From NCBI RefSeq assembly GCF_006345805.1, contig NC_043006.1, forward strand, positions 14,818,001-14,882,000: a DNA stretch of 64,000 nt. The letters are read 5' to 3'. Both the position numbers and the translations under genes were made by a program. Shown piece after piece: positions 11,340 to 23,220 of this stretch. The DNA comes from Octopus sinensis. Lineage: Eukaryota. Each line of letters starts with the position of its first letter. Position 1 is the stretch's first letter. A model generated the notes under the pieces. It made no database searches. It saw only the letters and a program-made list of their open reading frames with translations, and had not been told where the DNA came from.

Positions 11340-13586
11340 AACCTTTATGGGGATGTAATATGATGTTTGGAAGCACAGTATGTTCTATTCGAAGGTAAGA
11401 CAACCTGTCTTATTTCTTTATTGCCCACAAGGGGCTAAACAAAGAGGGAACAAACAAGGACAGACAAGGAGATTAAGTTGATTACATTGACCCCAGTGCG
11501 TAACTGGTACTTAATTTATCGACCCCAAAAGGATGAAAGGCAAAGTTGACCTCGGTGGAATTTGAACTCAGAATGTAACGGAAGACGAAATACAGCTAAG
11601 CATTTCGCCCAGCACGCTAACGTTTCTGCCAGCTCGCCACCTTATAACCTGCCTGACCCAGCCTACTATTGCCATATTGCTTTCATCTCTAACATTTCTT
11701 GACTAATAGAGACAAACATTAAAAATAACAAAATATTCCTTCTTCAAATTTTCATGTCAACTTCAAATTTAAAAAAAATTATAATTGAAAAAAAAAAAAA
11801 ATACAAATCCAGAATTAGCAAATTTATTCCCTGGGTAGGTGAAATTTATTCCCTGGGTAGGTGAAATTTATTCCCTGGGAGTAAATTAACCCCAGCATGG
11901 GAGACCTTGAATTATACAGAATGTCAAATTTTTCCATTTAGTTGGATTGTTGTTTCTTTCCCTGCTTTTAGTTTGGGATTCTTACCAATTCCACATGGGA
12001 GTGAGATGTGGGCCCTAAATGCAGAATACATGTGAAGCTTAGAAAGGAATGAGACTAGTATGTTCTGCTGGATGTGTAATGTAAGTGCACATGCTCGACA
12101 GAATTCTAGGGTTTTGAGAGAGAAGTTAGGCATAAGAGGAAATTGATTGCTGTGTGCAAGAAAGAAGATTGAACTGGTTTGGTCATGTGATGGGGATGGA
12201 TGCCAACAGCTCCATAGAGAAGTGCTGATCTCTCAAAGTGGATGGAACATGTGGAAGTGGGACATCCCGGAAGACATGGGATGAACTACTGAAGAACAAC
12301 CTCAGAAAGCTGAACTCTTCAGGCAAGAATACAAGCGACCGAGATACCTGGTGCCTGGTCATACTCTAGAAGACCCGTACACTGCAACAAAAGTGCTAAG
12401 ACCAATCCTGGTGGTGATGTAAAGCACCCAGGGAGGTGCCACGTAAAAGCACCAATATGGTGCCATGTAAAAGCACCTGTGTGGTGCCACAAAAGCATCC
12501 ATGCAGTACCAATAAAAGCACCTGAGCTGTGTCACATAAAAGTGTCCATGTGGTGCCATGTAGAAGTACCCAGCATACTTTGAAAAGTGATTGGCTTTAG
12601 GAAGGGCATCTAACTGTAGAAACCATGCCAAATCAGAGTGGTATCTGGTGCAGACCCTTAGCTTCAGAGCTCTGGTCAAACTGTCCAACCCATGCCAGCA
12701 TGGACAATAGACGTTAAACGACGATGACGATGATGATGGTAACGATAACGACAACGATGATGACTGTCCCAAATCTGTTCTTAAATACAGAGGAGCACAT
12801 ATATATCTTGTAAAGAACCAGCAATTGTCGAGAACTGAAGGAATTTCTGGCTCTGCTGGAGAAGATTCTTAGGCTAAAAAATTATGGATTGACAGAACTG
12901 TAAGAATGTTTTACTGGGCACCTTGCCATATTTGTTCCAACAGTGAGTTCAAATCCCACCATGGCCTACTTGACTGGTAGACTTAAACCATCACCTTGAA
13001 TGTCTTTTATAGAGTTCAATCAATCGCAAGTATTCAGGCCACATTTCTGGTTGGAGGATATCTGGTCTGAATGCTTCCACCAGTCCCAGCAGCCTTGTAA
13101 AGTGTCATGGAAGCACTGTTTTCTTTCCTGACTAAGAGATTAACAGAAAAAGTATTTCATCTGAAGTATTTAAGTATTTAAGTGAAAAGTATTTAAGGCA
13201 GCGAGCTGGCAGAAATGTTAGCACGGGGGGTGGAATGCTTAGGGGTACTTTGTCTGCTGCTACGTTCTGAGTTCAAATTCCGCTGAGGTCGACTTTGCCT
13301 TTCATCCTTTCAGGGTTGATTAAATAAGTACCAGCTACGCACTGGGGTCGATGTAATCGACTTAATCTGTTTGTCTGTCCTTGTTTGTCCTCTCTATGTT
13401 TAGCCTCTTGTGGGCAATAAAGAAATAAGAAAAAGTATTTAATCTGAACACTAATTCTTTTATCACCATATTTCTATTGAAATATACAGTCTTTCTTTCA
13501 ACTGGAACACAGTGAGAGAGAAAGAAGAACCACAGAGACGAGGTGGAGTAGGAAATGCCATTAATAACAGAGTAGTTTTGCAATGA
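11340..13586 (+). CDS. Candidate spliced exons of an unidentified gene (11340-11394, 12816-12899, 13490-13586)
   Basis: AG/GT boundaries (AAG|gtaaga, ACT|gtaaga) join in phase to PLWGCNMMFGSTVCSIRRTSNCRELKEFLALLEKILRLKNYGLTELLSFNWNTVREKEEPQRRGGVGNAINNRVVLQ*; no family recognised. Confidence 0.4.
11410..11645 (-). mobile_element. SINE family A, full length
   Basis: Family A head, body and tail. Confidence 0.9.
12130..12765 (+). mobile_element. RTE LINE 3' end (ORF2 tail plus UTR)
   Basis: Degenerate ggaacatgtggaagtgggacatcccggaagacatggg (GTCGRGRPRKTW-like), then the minisatellite UTR and (gat)n tail. Confidence 0.75.
13197..13430 (+). mobile_element. SINE family A, full length
   Basis: Family A motifs. 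Confidence 0.9.
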
Positions 13587-14033
13587 GTAATACAAACGAA
13601 AAATTTAATACAAATCTATATTTTTGAGATGAGGAATTATGTACTTTTATTTACAATGGCCGGATAGGTGTCCTCACCTTGTTGTTACCACACTGTTTCA
13701 GCTGATGTACTCTCCAGCCTTCCTCAGGTGTTCTGGTGGAATTTCAAACCCAACCCTTTATTTGACTAATGGGGTACACTGTTCTCATTCCTAAAGTATT
13801 CTTTTTTGTTGATGTTATTTTGTTTCTGTTGATATTATTTCCCAAGTCCCTGTCTGAACTCAGAATCCAAGGGTTAGTAGCCCATGCGCTTATTCACTAC
13901 GCTATATGTCTGTAGGCAATTACTGAGTGAACTTTAGGGCTTATAAACCTAATGTTTTATCTTTTCCTAATACCAGTCCCCATATTACATTCATACCTGC
14001 ACTAGGTCTGCCTAGGAGGTTACTGTATCCTAG

Positions 14034-14414
14034 GAGGCGCAATGGCCCAGTGGTTAGGGCAGCAGACTCGCGGTCATAGGATCGCGGTTTCGATTCCCAG
14101 ACCGGGCGTTGTGAGTGTTTATTGAGCGAAAACACCTAAAGCTCCACGAGGCTCCGGCAGGGGATGGTGGTGATCCCTGCTGTACTCTTTCACCACAACT
14201 TTCTCTCACTCTTACTTCCTGTTTCTGTTGTACCTGTATTTCAAAGGGCCGGCCTTGTCACTCTCTGTGTCACGCTGAATATCCCCGAGAACTACGTTAA
14301 GGGTACACGTGTCTGTGGAGTGCTCAGCCACTTACACGTTAATTTCACGAGCAGGCTGTTCCGTTGATTCGGATCAACCGGAACCCTTGGTATCGTAACC
14401 AACGGAGTGCTTCC
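14034..14414 (+). mobile_element. tRNA-derived SINE (family D) inserted in the PLE left arm
   Basis: A-box tggcccagtgg, B-box ggtttcgattcc; 12-bp TSD actgtatcctag at 14022-14033 and 14415-14426. Confidence 0.9.
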
Positions 14415-15059
14415 ACTGTATCCTAGCATATGTGCAGCCTCTTTAAATTTTTGCGTTTTCCTGTGATGTTCTCTGTCTATTATTTTAACTTCATCCCACA
14501 AGGGGAGGTGGTCTCAATTTTTCCATACAAGATTGGCTCTACTCGATTTTTCAATATCTCCCCGTGTCACAGCTTTACGATGTTCCTCTACCGTGACACG
14601 AGGAGATATTGTGACATGACGGAATATTGAAAAATCGGATATAGCCAATCTTGTATGGAAAAATGGAGATCACCTTCCTCTGTGGGATGACGTTAAAATA
14701 ATAAACAGAGAACACCACTGGAAAATACAAAAATTAAAAGAGACAGCATGTATGTTAGGACACAGTAACCTCCTAGGCTGACCTAGTGCAGGTATGAATG
14801 TAATATGGGAACTGGTATTAAGAAAAAATAAAATACTAAGTTTATAAGCCAAAAAATTCACTCAGTAATTGCCAACAAGCATATAGTGTAGTGGATAAGA
14901 GCATGGGCTACTAACCCTTGGATTCTGAGTCCCTTCCCAGGAAGGGACTTGAAAAATAATATCAACAAAAAAAAATAACATCAGCAAAGAATACCTTAGG
15001 AATGGGAACAGAGTACTCCATTAGTCAAATAAAGTGTTGGGTTTGAAATTCCACCAAAA

Positions 15060-15101
15060 CACCTGATGAAGGCTGGAGAGTACATCAGCCGAAACGTTGT
15101 G
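15060..15101 (+). ncRNA. Minimal type I hammerhead ribozyme-like motif
   Basis: cac-CTGATGA-a-ggctg(gagagtacat)cagcc-GAAAC-GTT-gtg. Confidence 0.55.
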
Positions 15102-15344
15102 GTAACAACAAACAAGGTGAGGTTACCCATCTGTCCATTGTAAATAATGTAACGAAAAATTTGTTTTAATTTTATTTTAACCTTTAACATTCATATTATT
15201 CTGTCAAATGTAATGCTTATTGATTCACGTTATTTTAAATTAAGCATGCATTATCTTGTAGCTTAGAGATTTTCATGGTGTAACTGCTTATTTTAGAATG
15301 ACATTGTAGAATAGGTGTGAGAGGCCAGACCTGGCCAATTTTAA

Positions 15345-15377
<33 letters not shown>

Positions 15378-16092
15378 TTAGCGTCCGCTTTCCATGCTAG
15401 CATGGGTTGGACAGTTCAACTGGGGTCTGTGAAGCCAGAAGGCTGCATCAAGCCCAGTCTGATCTGGCAGTGTTTCTACGGCTGTATGCCCTATCTAACG
15501 CCAACCACTCCGTGAGTGTAGTGGGTGCTTTTTACGTGCTACCCGCACAGGTGCCAGACGGAGCTGGGAAACGGCCACGGACAGATGGTGCTTTTTACGT
15601 GCCACCGGCACGGGGGCCAGGCGAGGCTGGCAACGGCCACGAACAGATGGTGCTTTTACGTGCCACTGGCACAGGGGTCAGGCGAGGCTGGCAACGGCCA
15701 TGAACGGATGGTGCTACGTGCCACCGGCACGGGGGCCAGGCGAGGCTGGCAACGGCCATGAATGGATGGTGCTTTTTACGTGTCACCGGCACGGAGGCCA
15801 GTCAGGGCAGCGCTGGCAATGGCCATGATCGGATGGTTTGCTTACTTGTCACCGGCACTGGTATCATAGCTGCAATTTCCATTGATGTTGATCGACTTCG
15901 ATTTTGGTTCTGCTTTCTGATATCTGATTTGATTTGGTTTGATTTTGATTTTGATTTTCACTTGCCTCAACGGGTCTTCACAAGTGGAGTTTTGTGTCCC
16001 AAGAAGGAAAGGTATGTATAAGTCGACTGGCTACATACCAGGTAGAGGCCATGGGTTATGGTCTCACTAGTCTTGCCGGGTCTTCTCACGCA
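15345..16092 (-). mobile_element. RTE LINE 3'UTR with ~59-bp minisatellite (about 5-6 units)
   Basis: Repeated gtgcttttacgtgccaccggcac...ggctggcaacggcca; (cat)n at the low-coordinate end. Confidence 0.8.
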
Positions 16093-16142
16093 CATAAAAC
16101 TGGTAAAATATTTAGGCCAGATGTGGCTGATTTGAATGTTAA

Positions 16143-16525
16143 AGGGTCAAAGTAATAGATATTTTTCTTATGAAAAAGTTAAATAAAAATTCTTTTATGT
16201 GTGCCATATTTTCTGATATTACCAATGGAGGCAAAAGTTTACCTCCAAAGTTACCTCTCATATGACAGTGACACTTTAGTTCCCTAATATTGCTTTTATT
16301 TTTTCTCATCACTTAAATCTTTCTTTCTGGTTTTTTTATAGGGTTAAAGTAACAGATATTTTTCTTTTGAAAAATTTAAATAAAAATTCTTTTATGTGTG
16401 CCATATTTTCTGATATTACCAATGGAGGCAAAAGTTTACCTCCAAAGTTACCTCTCATATGACAGTGACACTTTAGTTCCCTAATATTGCTTTTATTTTT
16501 TCTCATCACTTAATTCTTTCTTTCT
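16143..16525. repeat. Tandem duplication, period 197 bp
   Basis: accaatggagg at 16221 and 16418; near-identical flanking sequence. Confidence 0.9.
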
Positions 16526-17250
16526 GTTTTTTTCATGTCTTGCTAGTTACTTGGTAACCTCACTAATGCTGGTGCCATTCAAAAAGCACCTAGTACACTC
16601 TGTAAAGTGGTTGGTATTAAGAAGGTTATCTATTCGGCTGTGGAGGCAAAGCTGACAGTGAAACTTGACACAGAAAGAGGATTAAGAATCCTCTTAATCC
16701 TCTTAATACCAACCTTACTGAGACTGCCACTAGTTTAATGATACAAACTTTATAATTTAAAATGAGCTAAATTAAAACCTTCCACCAAAATTTCATGTTA
16801 ATTTTTGTTCTAAACATCAGCTTAGCAATGAAAAACTTATTTTAACTAAATTCTTCAATATTTTCAAAATTAATTGAAAGAAAGGCAACCTCTTTCAATA
16901 GAGATATGATAATGAAAAGGTTGACCCCCCCCCCTCCAACTCATGCCAGCATGGAAAATGGATGTCAAATGATGATGATGGTGATGACTATTTCCAGTTA
17001 ACTAATTACACTAAATATGCTAATACTAATTTGATTATTATTATATATTTTTTTTTATGTAGATGGCATCTCTGAATTAAATATGTTTATTCAATGCCTC
17101 ATTATTTTTTGTTCAAAGACCCACTTTCTCCTTTTGAGATTGTTAAAATATAACACCAACCACACATGCAGAGCTGAGATGAAATTCAATGAAATATATA
17201 TTTGCTCTGTGACTAAATAAGTCACAACATGTCAATATTTTTAGATCAAG

Positions 17251-17690
17251 GATGGTTCATGGTCTCAAAAAGTTGTCTTATGAAGAAAGGCTGAGGACGC
17301 TCGACCTTTATTCTCTAGAAAAACGCCGCCGCCGTGGTGATCTCATTCTCGCTCACAACATCATAAGCGGAAAGTGTAACCTCTCGAAAGAGCTGTTCTT
17401 CACTCCTGCTCCAGAGCGTCGGCTGTGGGGTCATTCTGAAAAGCTCTACCTGCGACGATTTCATCTCAATCGAAGGAGAGGAGCTTTCTCCGTCCGGGTT
17501 GCGGATCCGTGGAACAAGCTGCCGGACGAGATGGTGAAGATGCCGACGACCGCTTTGTTCAAAGTCTCCCTTGACCTCAAGTGGCCTGAACTCTTTACAT
17601 GAACACCACCCTGTACTTAACTCCATGTCCCCCTACATGGCCTTGCTTTTTGCTTTTTGGAGCCAAAAATTAACTAACTAACTAACTAAC
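17251..17690 (+). mobile_element. CR1-type LINE, 5'-truncated 3' end
   Basis: ORF 17252-17602 LSYEERLRTLDLYSLEKRRRRGDLI...GHSEKL...FSVRVADPWNKLP; 3' hairpin and (taac)n tail. Confidence 0.92.
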
Positions 17691-18046
17691 AGAACATCCT
17701 GTCTTATTAAATCAAAACTGAAAGGCAAACATCATGGAAGAAACGATAAATTTTCAGAAAGCTGAGCCTCAATGCAGCTTCAGTATCTATTTGAAGCCAT
17801 CTTAATTCACTTGTAGAGTCAATGATCTTTGGGAAAAAAAAAAAGTTGCCGTTCCAATTTCCTGTGTGTAAATTCCATCTATTAAGATGGGATTTTCATA
17901 CTATATTTCATGTCTTGCAGGATTATCCTTTAATAGGTCTTTCCTTTTTTCAAGATAATAGCAAGAGATTCCAGGAATAATTGGTTGTTATAGCTGGCAG
18001 ACTGAGTTATCACACACACACACACGCAAACACACACAACCACACA

Positions 18047-18117
<71 letters not shown>

Positions 18118-18189
18118 ACAAACAACCAAAGATGTATTTTTAAGTTGGTAATTAATTAAACAAATTCTGCATTTTCTTTTGAATAACTT

Positions 18190-19000
18190 TGATCTTTTAT
18201 TACCCACAAGGGGCCAACAAAGAGGGGACAATACAATCTGATTTTGGGGTCAGATGAGCGAATGATTATACAAAAAGATGACATTAAAAATTTTACAAAA
18301 ATAAGAAAATATAATAAAATCGAATGATAAGACAGACCGGAAGACATTACGGATGGAGTGGGTGGGTGGGTGGGGGTTCAATTCGGACCCCCACGAGCCC
18401 CGCCACGCCACGGATACCTGAGTTACATCCTGTGTTGTATTCATGAGGTTCCATCCACATGCATCATCCGTACTACATTCTTCCATCGATTTTCAAACAT
18501 TTTCACAGTCAGGCCTTTTCTCTCTAGCCCCTATTTTCCTTTTATGGTGAAAGGTGAAGTAATTCACCAATTCAGGGCCAGAGATGAAATTGCCTGACTT
18601 TAAACCTTTTCAGCCCCGTTTTCCAAATTATCTCTCTCACAATTGCTACTACAATGAGAAAACAATTCTTAGCTTCTTTCAAAAGGAAATCAGGTGGGTC
18701 AATTTTTACAATAGACTCAGTCGGCAGCTGTACTCTTCGTACACTCTCATTTATGTCCTATGGGTTTGTATAATAAAAGCCCCTAATATTTGCTTCTTCA
18801 ACCACACCCACTCCAATTTCTTTCCTTAAATATGACATCTTCATCTCAGTTTGGCAGAAGAGAGCAGCAACAGTCTGAGAATAGGAGAGAGGGCACTAGA
18901 GATCTGGAATAATTCATTTCTGTTGATTTGGCACTTGTAGAGGAATACACAAACTATCATTGCTACAGCCAGTGTCCTGAAGCCTTATTCACTTGGATAA
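18190..19000 (-). mobile_element. Degenerate L1/Tx1-like LINE 3' end
   Basis: Minus-strand pieces CFLIVVAIVREIIWKT and LERKGLTVKMFENRWKNVVRMMHVDGTS*, then a 3'UTR ending gccccttgtgggtaataaaag; 5' boundary approximate. Confidence 0.65.
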
Positions 19001-19754
19001 ATTGCCTAATAGCACTTAGTTACAGCTCTTCATGATCTGAATCAAAATCATGCCGTGGCCAAGTTTGATTTCATCTATCATAGGTCAATAAAGTCTGAGG
19101 AACTCAGTATCTCATGAATACTAGGATTCATAAAGCTGGAATTTAATCTGGTTTCCCTGACATAAACTTAGATAAACTTAGATATGTTTCGACCAAAGAT
19201 TGGTCCAGGCCATGTCTAACTTTACAAGACTCCTCTTCTGGATGGGATGCTGATCAATCACAGGGCTTATTTCCTAGCCATTACTGGAACTCGTATCTAA
19301 GTGGACCAGAATGATATGAGATGAAGTGTTTTTCTCAAGAACACAATGCACTACCTGATCTGGGAATCGAAACAACGACTTTATGATCATGAGCGCAGCA
19401 CCCTAACCACTGGGCCATATGCCTTCATGATAAAGTAAAGTACCAGTTAAATACTGGGGTTGGCTTATTATTTCTATAATGCACACTAAATGTAAATGAA
19501 ATTACAATATAAGATTAGAACCAACACTAAGGGTTGACACTTTGTTGCTCTGAAATATTCTACTTCTATAAAACTGATGATGTGAAAAAGCAGTTGGGCA
19601 TAAGACAAATGTCAAGTGTTATTTGTGTCCCTTTATGTTCTGCATTTGAATCCCACCAAATTCAATTTGACTTTTCAAGCTTAATGACTAGCATCAACCT
19701 AGTACAACAATTGATGTATTTGGGTGGTAAATTTGTGACATATTGCCTAAGTTT

Positions 19755-20058
19755 ATTTGTGCCTTCTCGAGCCATGCCTGGCTCATAAGGGCCGGTTTCC
19801 TGGTTTTTATTTGGCATATTGGTTCCCCACCTGGACAGGACGCCGGTCCCATCACAGGTGAGCTGCAAGATGCAAGAGGAAAGAGTGAGAGAAAGTTGTG
19901 GCGAAAGAGTCAGCAGAAGTTTGCCATTACCTTCTGCCAGAGCGACGTGGAGCTTAGGTGTTTTGCTCATAAACACACACATCGCCCGGTCTGAGATTCG
20001 AACCCGTGATCCCTCAACCGTGAGTCCACTGCTCTAACCACTAGGCCATGTGCCTCCA
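19755..20058 (-). mobile_element. tRNA-derived SINE with family D body and family C tail
   Basis: Body matches 14100-14215; tail matches 6730-6810. Confidence 0.7.
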
Positions 20059-20064
20059 CTAAAT

Positions 20065-20312
20065 AAATGCACCCTTTTAAAGCCTAGCCAGACACATGGG
20101 CCTGGTTTCCCAGTTTCAATGGTGTATGTGTTCCCCAGCTGGATGGGACACCAGTCCATTGCAGCATTACTCATTTTAGCCAGCTGAGTGGACTGGAGCA
20201 ACGTGAAATGAAGTGTTTTGCTCAAGAACACACTGCATCGCCCGGTCCAGGAATCGAAACCACAATCTTATGATCATGAGTTCAACACCCTAACCACTAA
20301 GCCACGCGCCTC
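20065..20312 (-). mobile_element. tRNA-derived SINE (family C)
   Basis: Matches 6715-6955. Confidence 0.8.
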
Positions 20313-20544
20313 CACATTGCCTAAGTTACAAGGAGCTGAACTGCTGCCCCACATATGGCCTTCCAGCAGCTTCACAAAGCCATTTAATTGAGCTTTAGGC
20401 CCTGTTCAAAGATGTCATTCTTTGGCCTTAACCAGCAGCTTCACAAAGCCATTTAATTGAGCTTTAGGCCCTGTTCAAAGATGTCATTCTTTGTGCTTTT
20501 GACATCTGATCTTTGCCTCTTAACATCTGCTATTTTCTTATTTC

Positions 20545-20768
20545 TTTACTACCCACAAGGGGCTAAACACAGAGGGGACAAACAAGGACAGACAAACGGA
20601 TTAAGTCGATTATATCGACCCCAGTGCGTAACTGGTACTTATTTAATCGATCCCGAAAGGATGAAAGGCAAAGTCGACCTTGGCAGAATTAGAACTCAGA
20701 ACGTAACAGCAGATGAAATGCTGCAAAGCATTTCGCCTGGTGTGCTAAGGTTTCTGCCAGCTCGCCAT
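20545..20768 (-). mobile_element. SINE family A
   Basis: Family A motifs. Confidence 0.9.
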
Positions 20769-20829
20769 CTTTCTGTTATTTTCTATCTCGACTGTCCTCT
20801 TGCCAATGACATGCTACCACTTTAAGCAA

Positions 20830-21120
20830 TCCTTGGTGATTGTCTCCCAGGTGTTTGAATCAATGGAGCAGCAGAAGAGAATGGCCTTCAGCTGGTCTTG
20901 GAAACGAAGTTTGGGAGTTCCACATAGTCTGGTGCCTGAGGCCAACTTTACAAAGAGTAGTTGAAGGAGAAGGTGCGTTTGAAGCATATGTATGATGTGT
21001 CCTGATCAGTGGAGGCAGTGTTGTGCCATGGTAGTTTCAATACTGGGCACTCTGGCCCAGAGCAGAATCTCTCGATTGGTAATGAAGTCCTTCCATCAAA
21101 TCCTCATGATTAAGATGGCA
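20830..21120 (-). pseudogene. RTE/BovB-like ORF2 C-terminal fragment
   Basis: RWKDFITNREIL..A.VPSIET..AQHCLH*SGHIIHM...G.PKLRFQDQLK on the minus strand. Confidence 0.7.
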
Positions 21121-21687
21121 TTAAGCATCAAAGTCACATGATGTACTCAAATGAGGGATCTTATGTGTGATTGGCTGAGTATGTAGAAATAGCAGTCAAA
21201 TAGTCCTCAAATCACAACTTACTGTCTTAAAAAGGAAGAACGGAAATCATGATTATGAATGTCTGAGAAGTTATTAGAACTAACCTTATGATACAAGGTA
21301 GTGAAAGGATCTCTCTACTCGTTAGAAATAATAGCCAAATATTCCTCATAAATTACACCACACTTTGCCAATAAATAAAGTATATAAAAATAATGAAAAT
21401 AAAATAAAGTAAAATGCTTATGCTGGAATGGTATTAGTCACAGGTCTACTCATTCATGCATGACCAGGGGTTAAACAACAACAACAACAACAACCACAGA
21501 TGCTGACATGACCGCGTGGATAAGAAGTTTGCCTTGCAACCACATGTTTTCAGGTTCAATCCTACTTCATGATATCTTGGCCAAATGTTTTCTACTAAAA
21601 CCCTGGGCTAACCAATACTGTGCGAGTGAATTTGGTAGATGGAAATTGCATGGAAGCTTGTCGTACATACATATGTACATACATACC

Positions 21688-22100
21688 TATTTCTTTACTA
21701 CCCAGAAGGGGCTAAACACAGAGGGGACAAACAAGGATAGACAAACGGATTAAATCGATTACATCGACCCCAGTGCGTAACTGGTACTTAATTTATCGAC
21801 CCCAAAAGGATGAAAGGCAAAGTCGACCTCGGCAGAATTTGAACTCAGAACATAGCGGCAGACAAAATACCTATTTCTTTACTACCCACAAGTGGCTAAA
21901 CACAGATGGGACAAACAAGGACAGACAAATGGATTAAGTCGATTATATCGACCCCAGTGTGTAACTGGTACTTAATTTATTGACCCCGAAAGGATGAAAG
22001 GCAAAGTCGACCTCGGCGGAATGTGAACTCAAAACGTAACGGCAGATGAAATACGGCTAAGCATTTCGCCCGGCGTGCTAACGATTCTTCCAGCTCGCCT
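21688..22100 (-). mobile_element. SINE family A dimer
   Basis: Two body/tail units, one head. Confidence 0.88.
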
Positions 22101-22356
22101 GTATGTACATAAATACATACATATATTCTTTATTCGTTTATTTGTTTCAGTAATTTGATTGCGGCCATGCTGGGGCACTGCTTTGAAGGATTTTAGTCGA
22201 ACAAATCAACTCCTAGACTTTTGTTTTTCTTTCAGCCTAGAACTTATTCTATTGGTCTCTTTTGCTGAACTGCAAAAGATATGGGGACATAAACACACCA
22301 ACACTGGTTGTCAAGTGGTGATAGGGGGACAAATACAGACACATGCACATAGGTAT

Positions 22357-22404
<48 letters not shown>

Positions 22405-22559
22405 GTATATATATACACACACACAGCAAATGCATTTTTTCTGTGGAAAATGGGGGGGTAGGGTGAACCCTCGGAAAATGGAAGGGTGAGGTTGGGTGAA
22501 CCCTCGGAAATCCTCCAGCCTTGTTATCTTAGTTGAGCTCCTAATATACTGAAAATGCA

Positions 22560-22602
22560 GATAGATAGTTAGACGTGTACCAAACAGACACACATCTCTT
22601 AA

Positions 22603-22633
<31 letters not shown>

Positions 22634-22790
22634 AGCTGGTCACTTTGTACCCAGAACCTTTGACCTTCTAAGGCAATAAAAACTGGAGACCAAATTCTTT
22701 CTGTACCAAAAACAAGGCGTGGGGCGCGTGCACACTCACACATAGAAGTGAAGTCTGTGTGTGTATGTAGCTATCTGTGTGTATATATAT
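22560..22790 (-). repeat. ~230-bp repeat, inverted partner of 25933-26157
   Basis: Near-identical reverse complement; the same peptide [33 protein letters not shown] appears in both ORF tracks. Confidence 0.85.
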
Positions 22791-22796
22791 ATATAT

Positions 22797-22941
<145 letters not shown>

Positions 22942-23171
22942 TCTCTTTACTCTTTTTTACTCTTTTACTTGTTTCAGTCATTTGACTGCGGCCATGCTGG
23001 AGCACCGCCTTTAGTCGAGCAATCGACCCCGGGACTTATTCTTTGTAAGCCCAGTACTTATTCTATCGGTCTCTTTTGCCGAACCGCTAAGTAACGGGGA
23101 CATAAACACACCAGCATCGGTTGTCATATATATATGTATATATATGTCATATATATATGTATATATATATG

Positions 23172-23202
<31 letters not shown>

Positions 23203-23220
23203 GTATATATATGTATAAAT

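Larger units (their letters stand above)
13607..15150. mobile_element. Penelope-like element remnant as a head-to-head inverted duplication
   Basis: GIY-YIG C-terminal peptide WDDVKIINREHHWKIQKLKETACMLG on + (14685-) and WDEVKIIDREHHRKTQKFKEAAHMLG on -; symmetry centre ~14582; aacgaaaaattt direct repeat at 13595-13606 and 15151-15162. Confidence 0.8.

Noticed and set aside
12791-12872. Alternative acceptor giving GAHIYLVKNQQLSRTEGISGSAGEDS*
   Set aside because: Also in phase with the upstream exon; cannot be chosen over 12816 without RNA data, so it is not called separately.
14034-14105. tRNA gene
   Set aside because: The tRNA-like head continues into a SINE body and is bounded by a TSD.
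15520-15860. CRISPR-like repeat array
   Set aside because: Eukaryotic minisatellite in an RTE UTR; no unique spacers and no cas genes.
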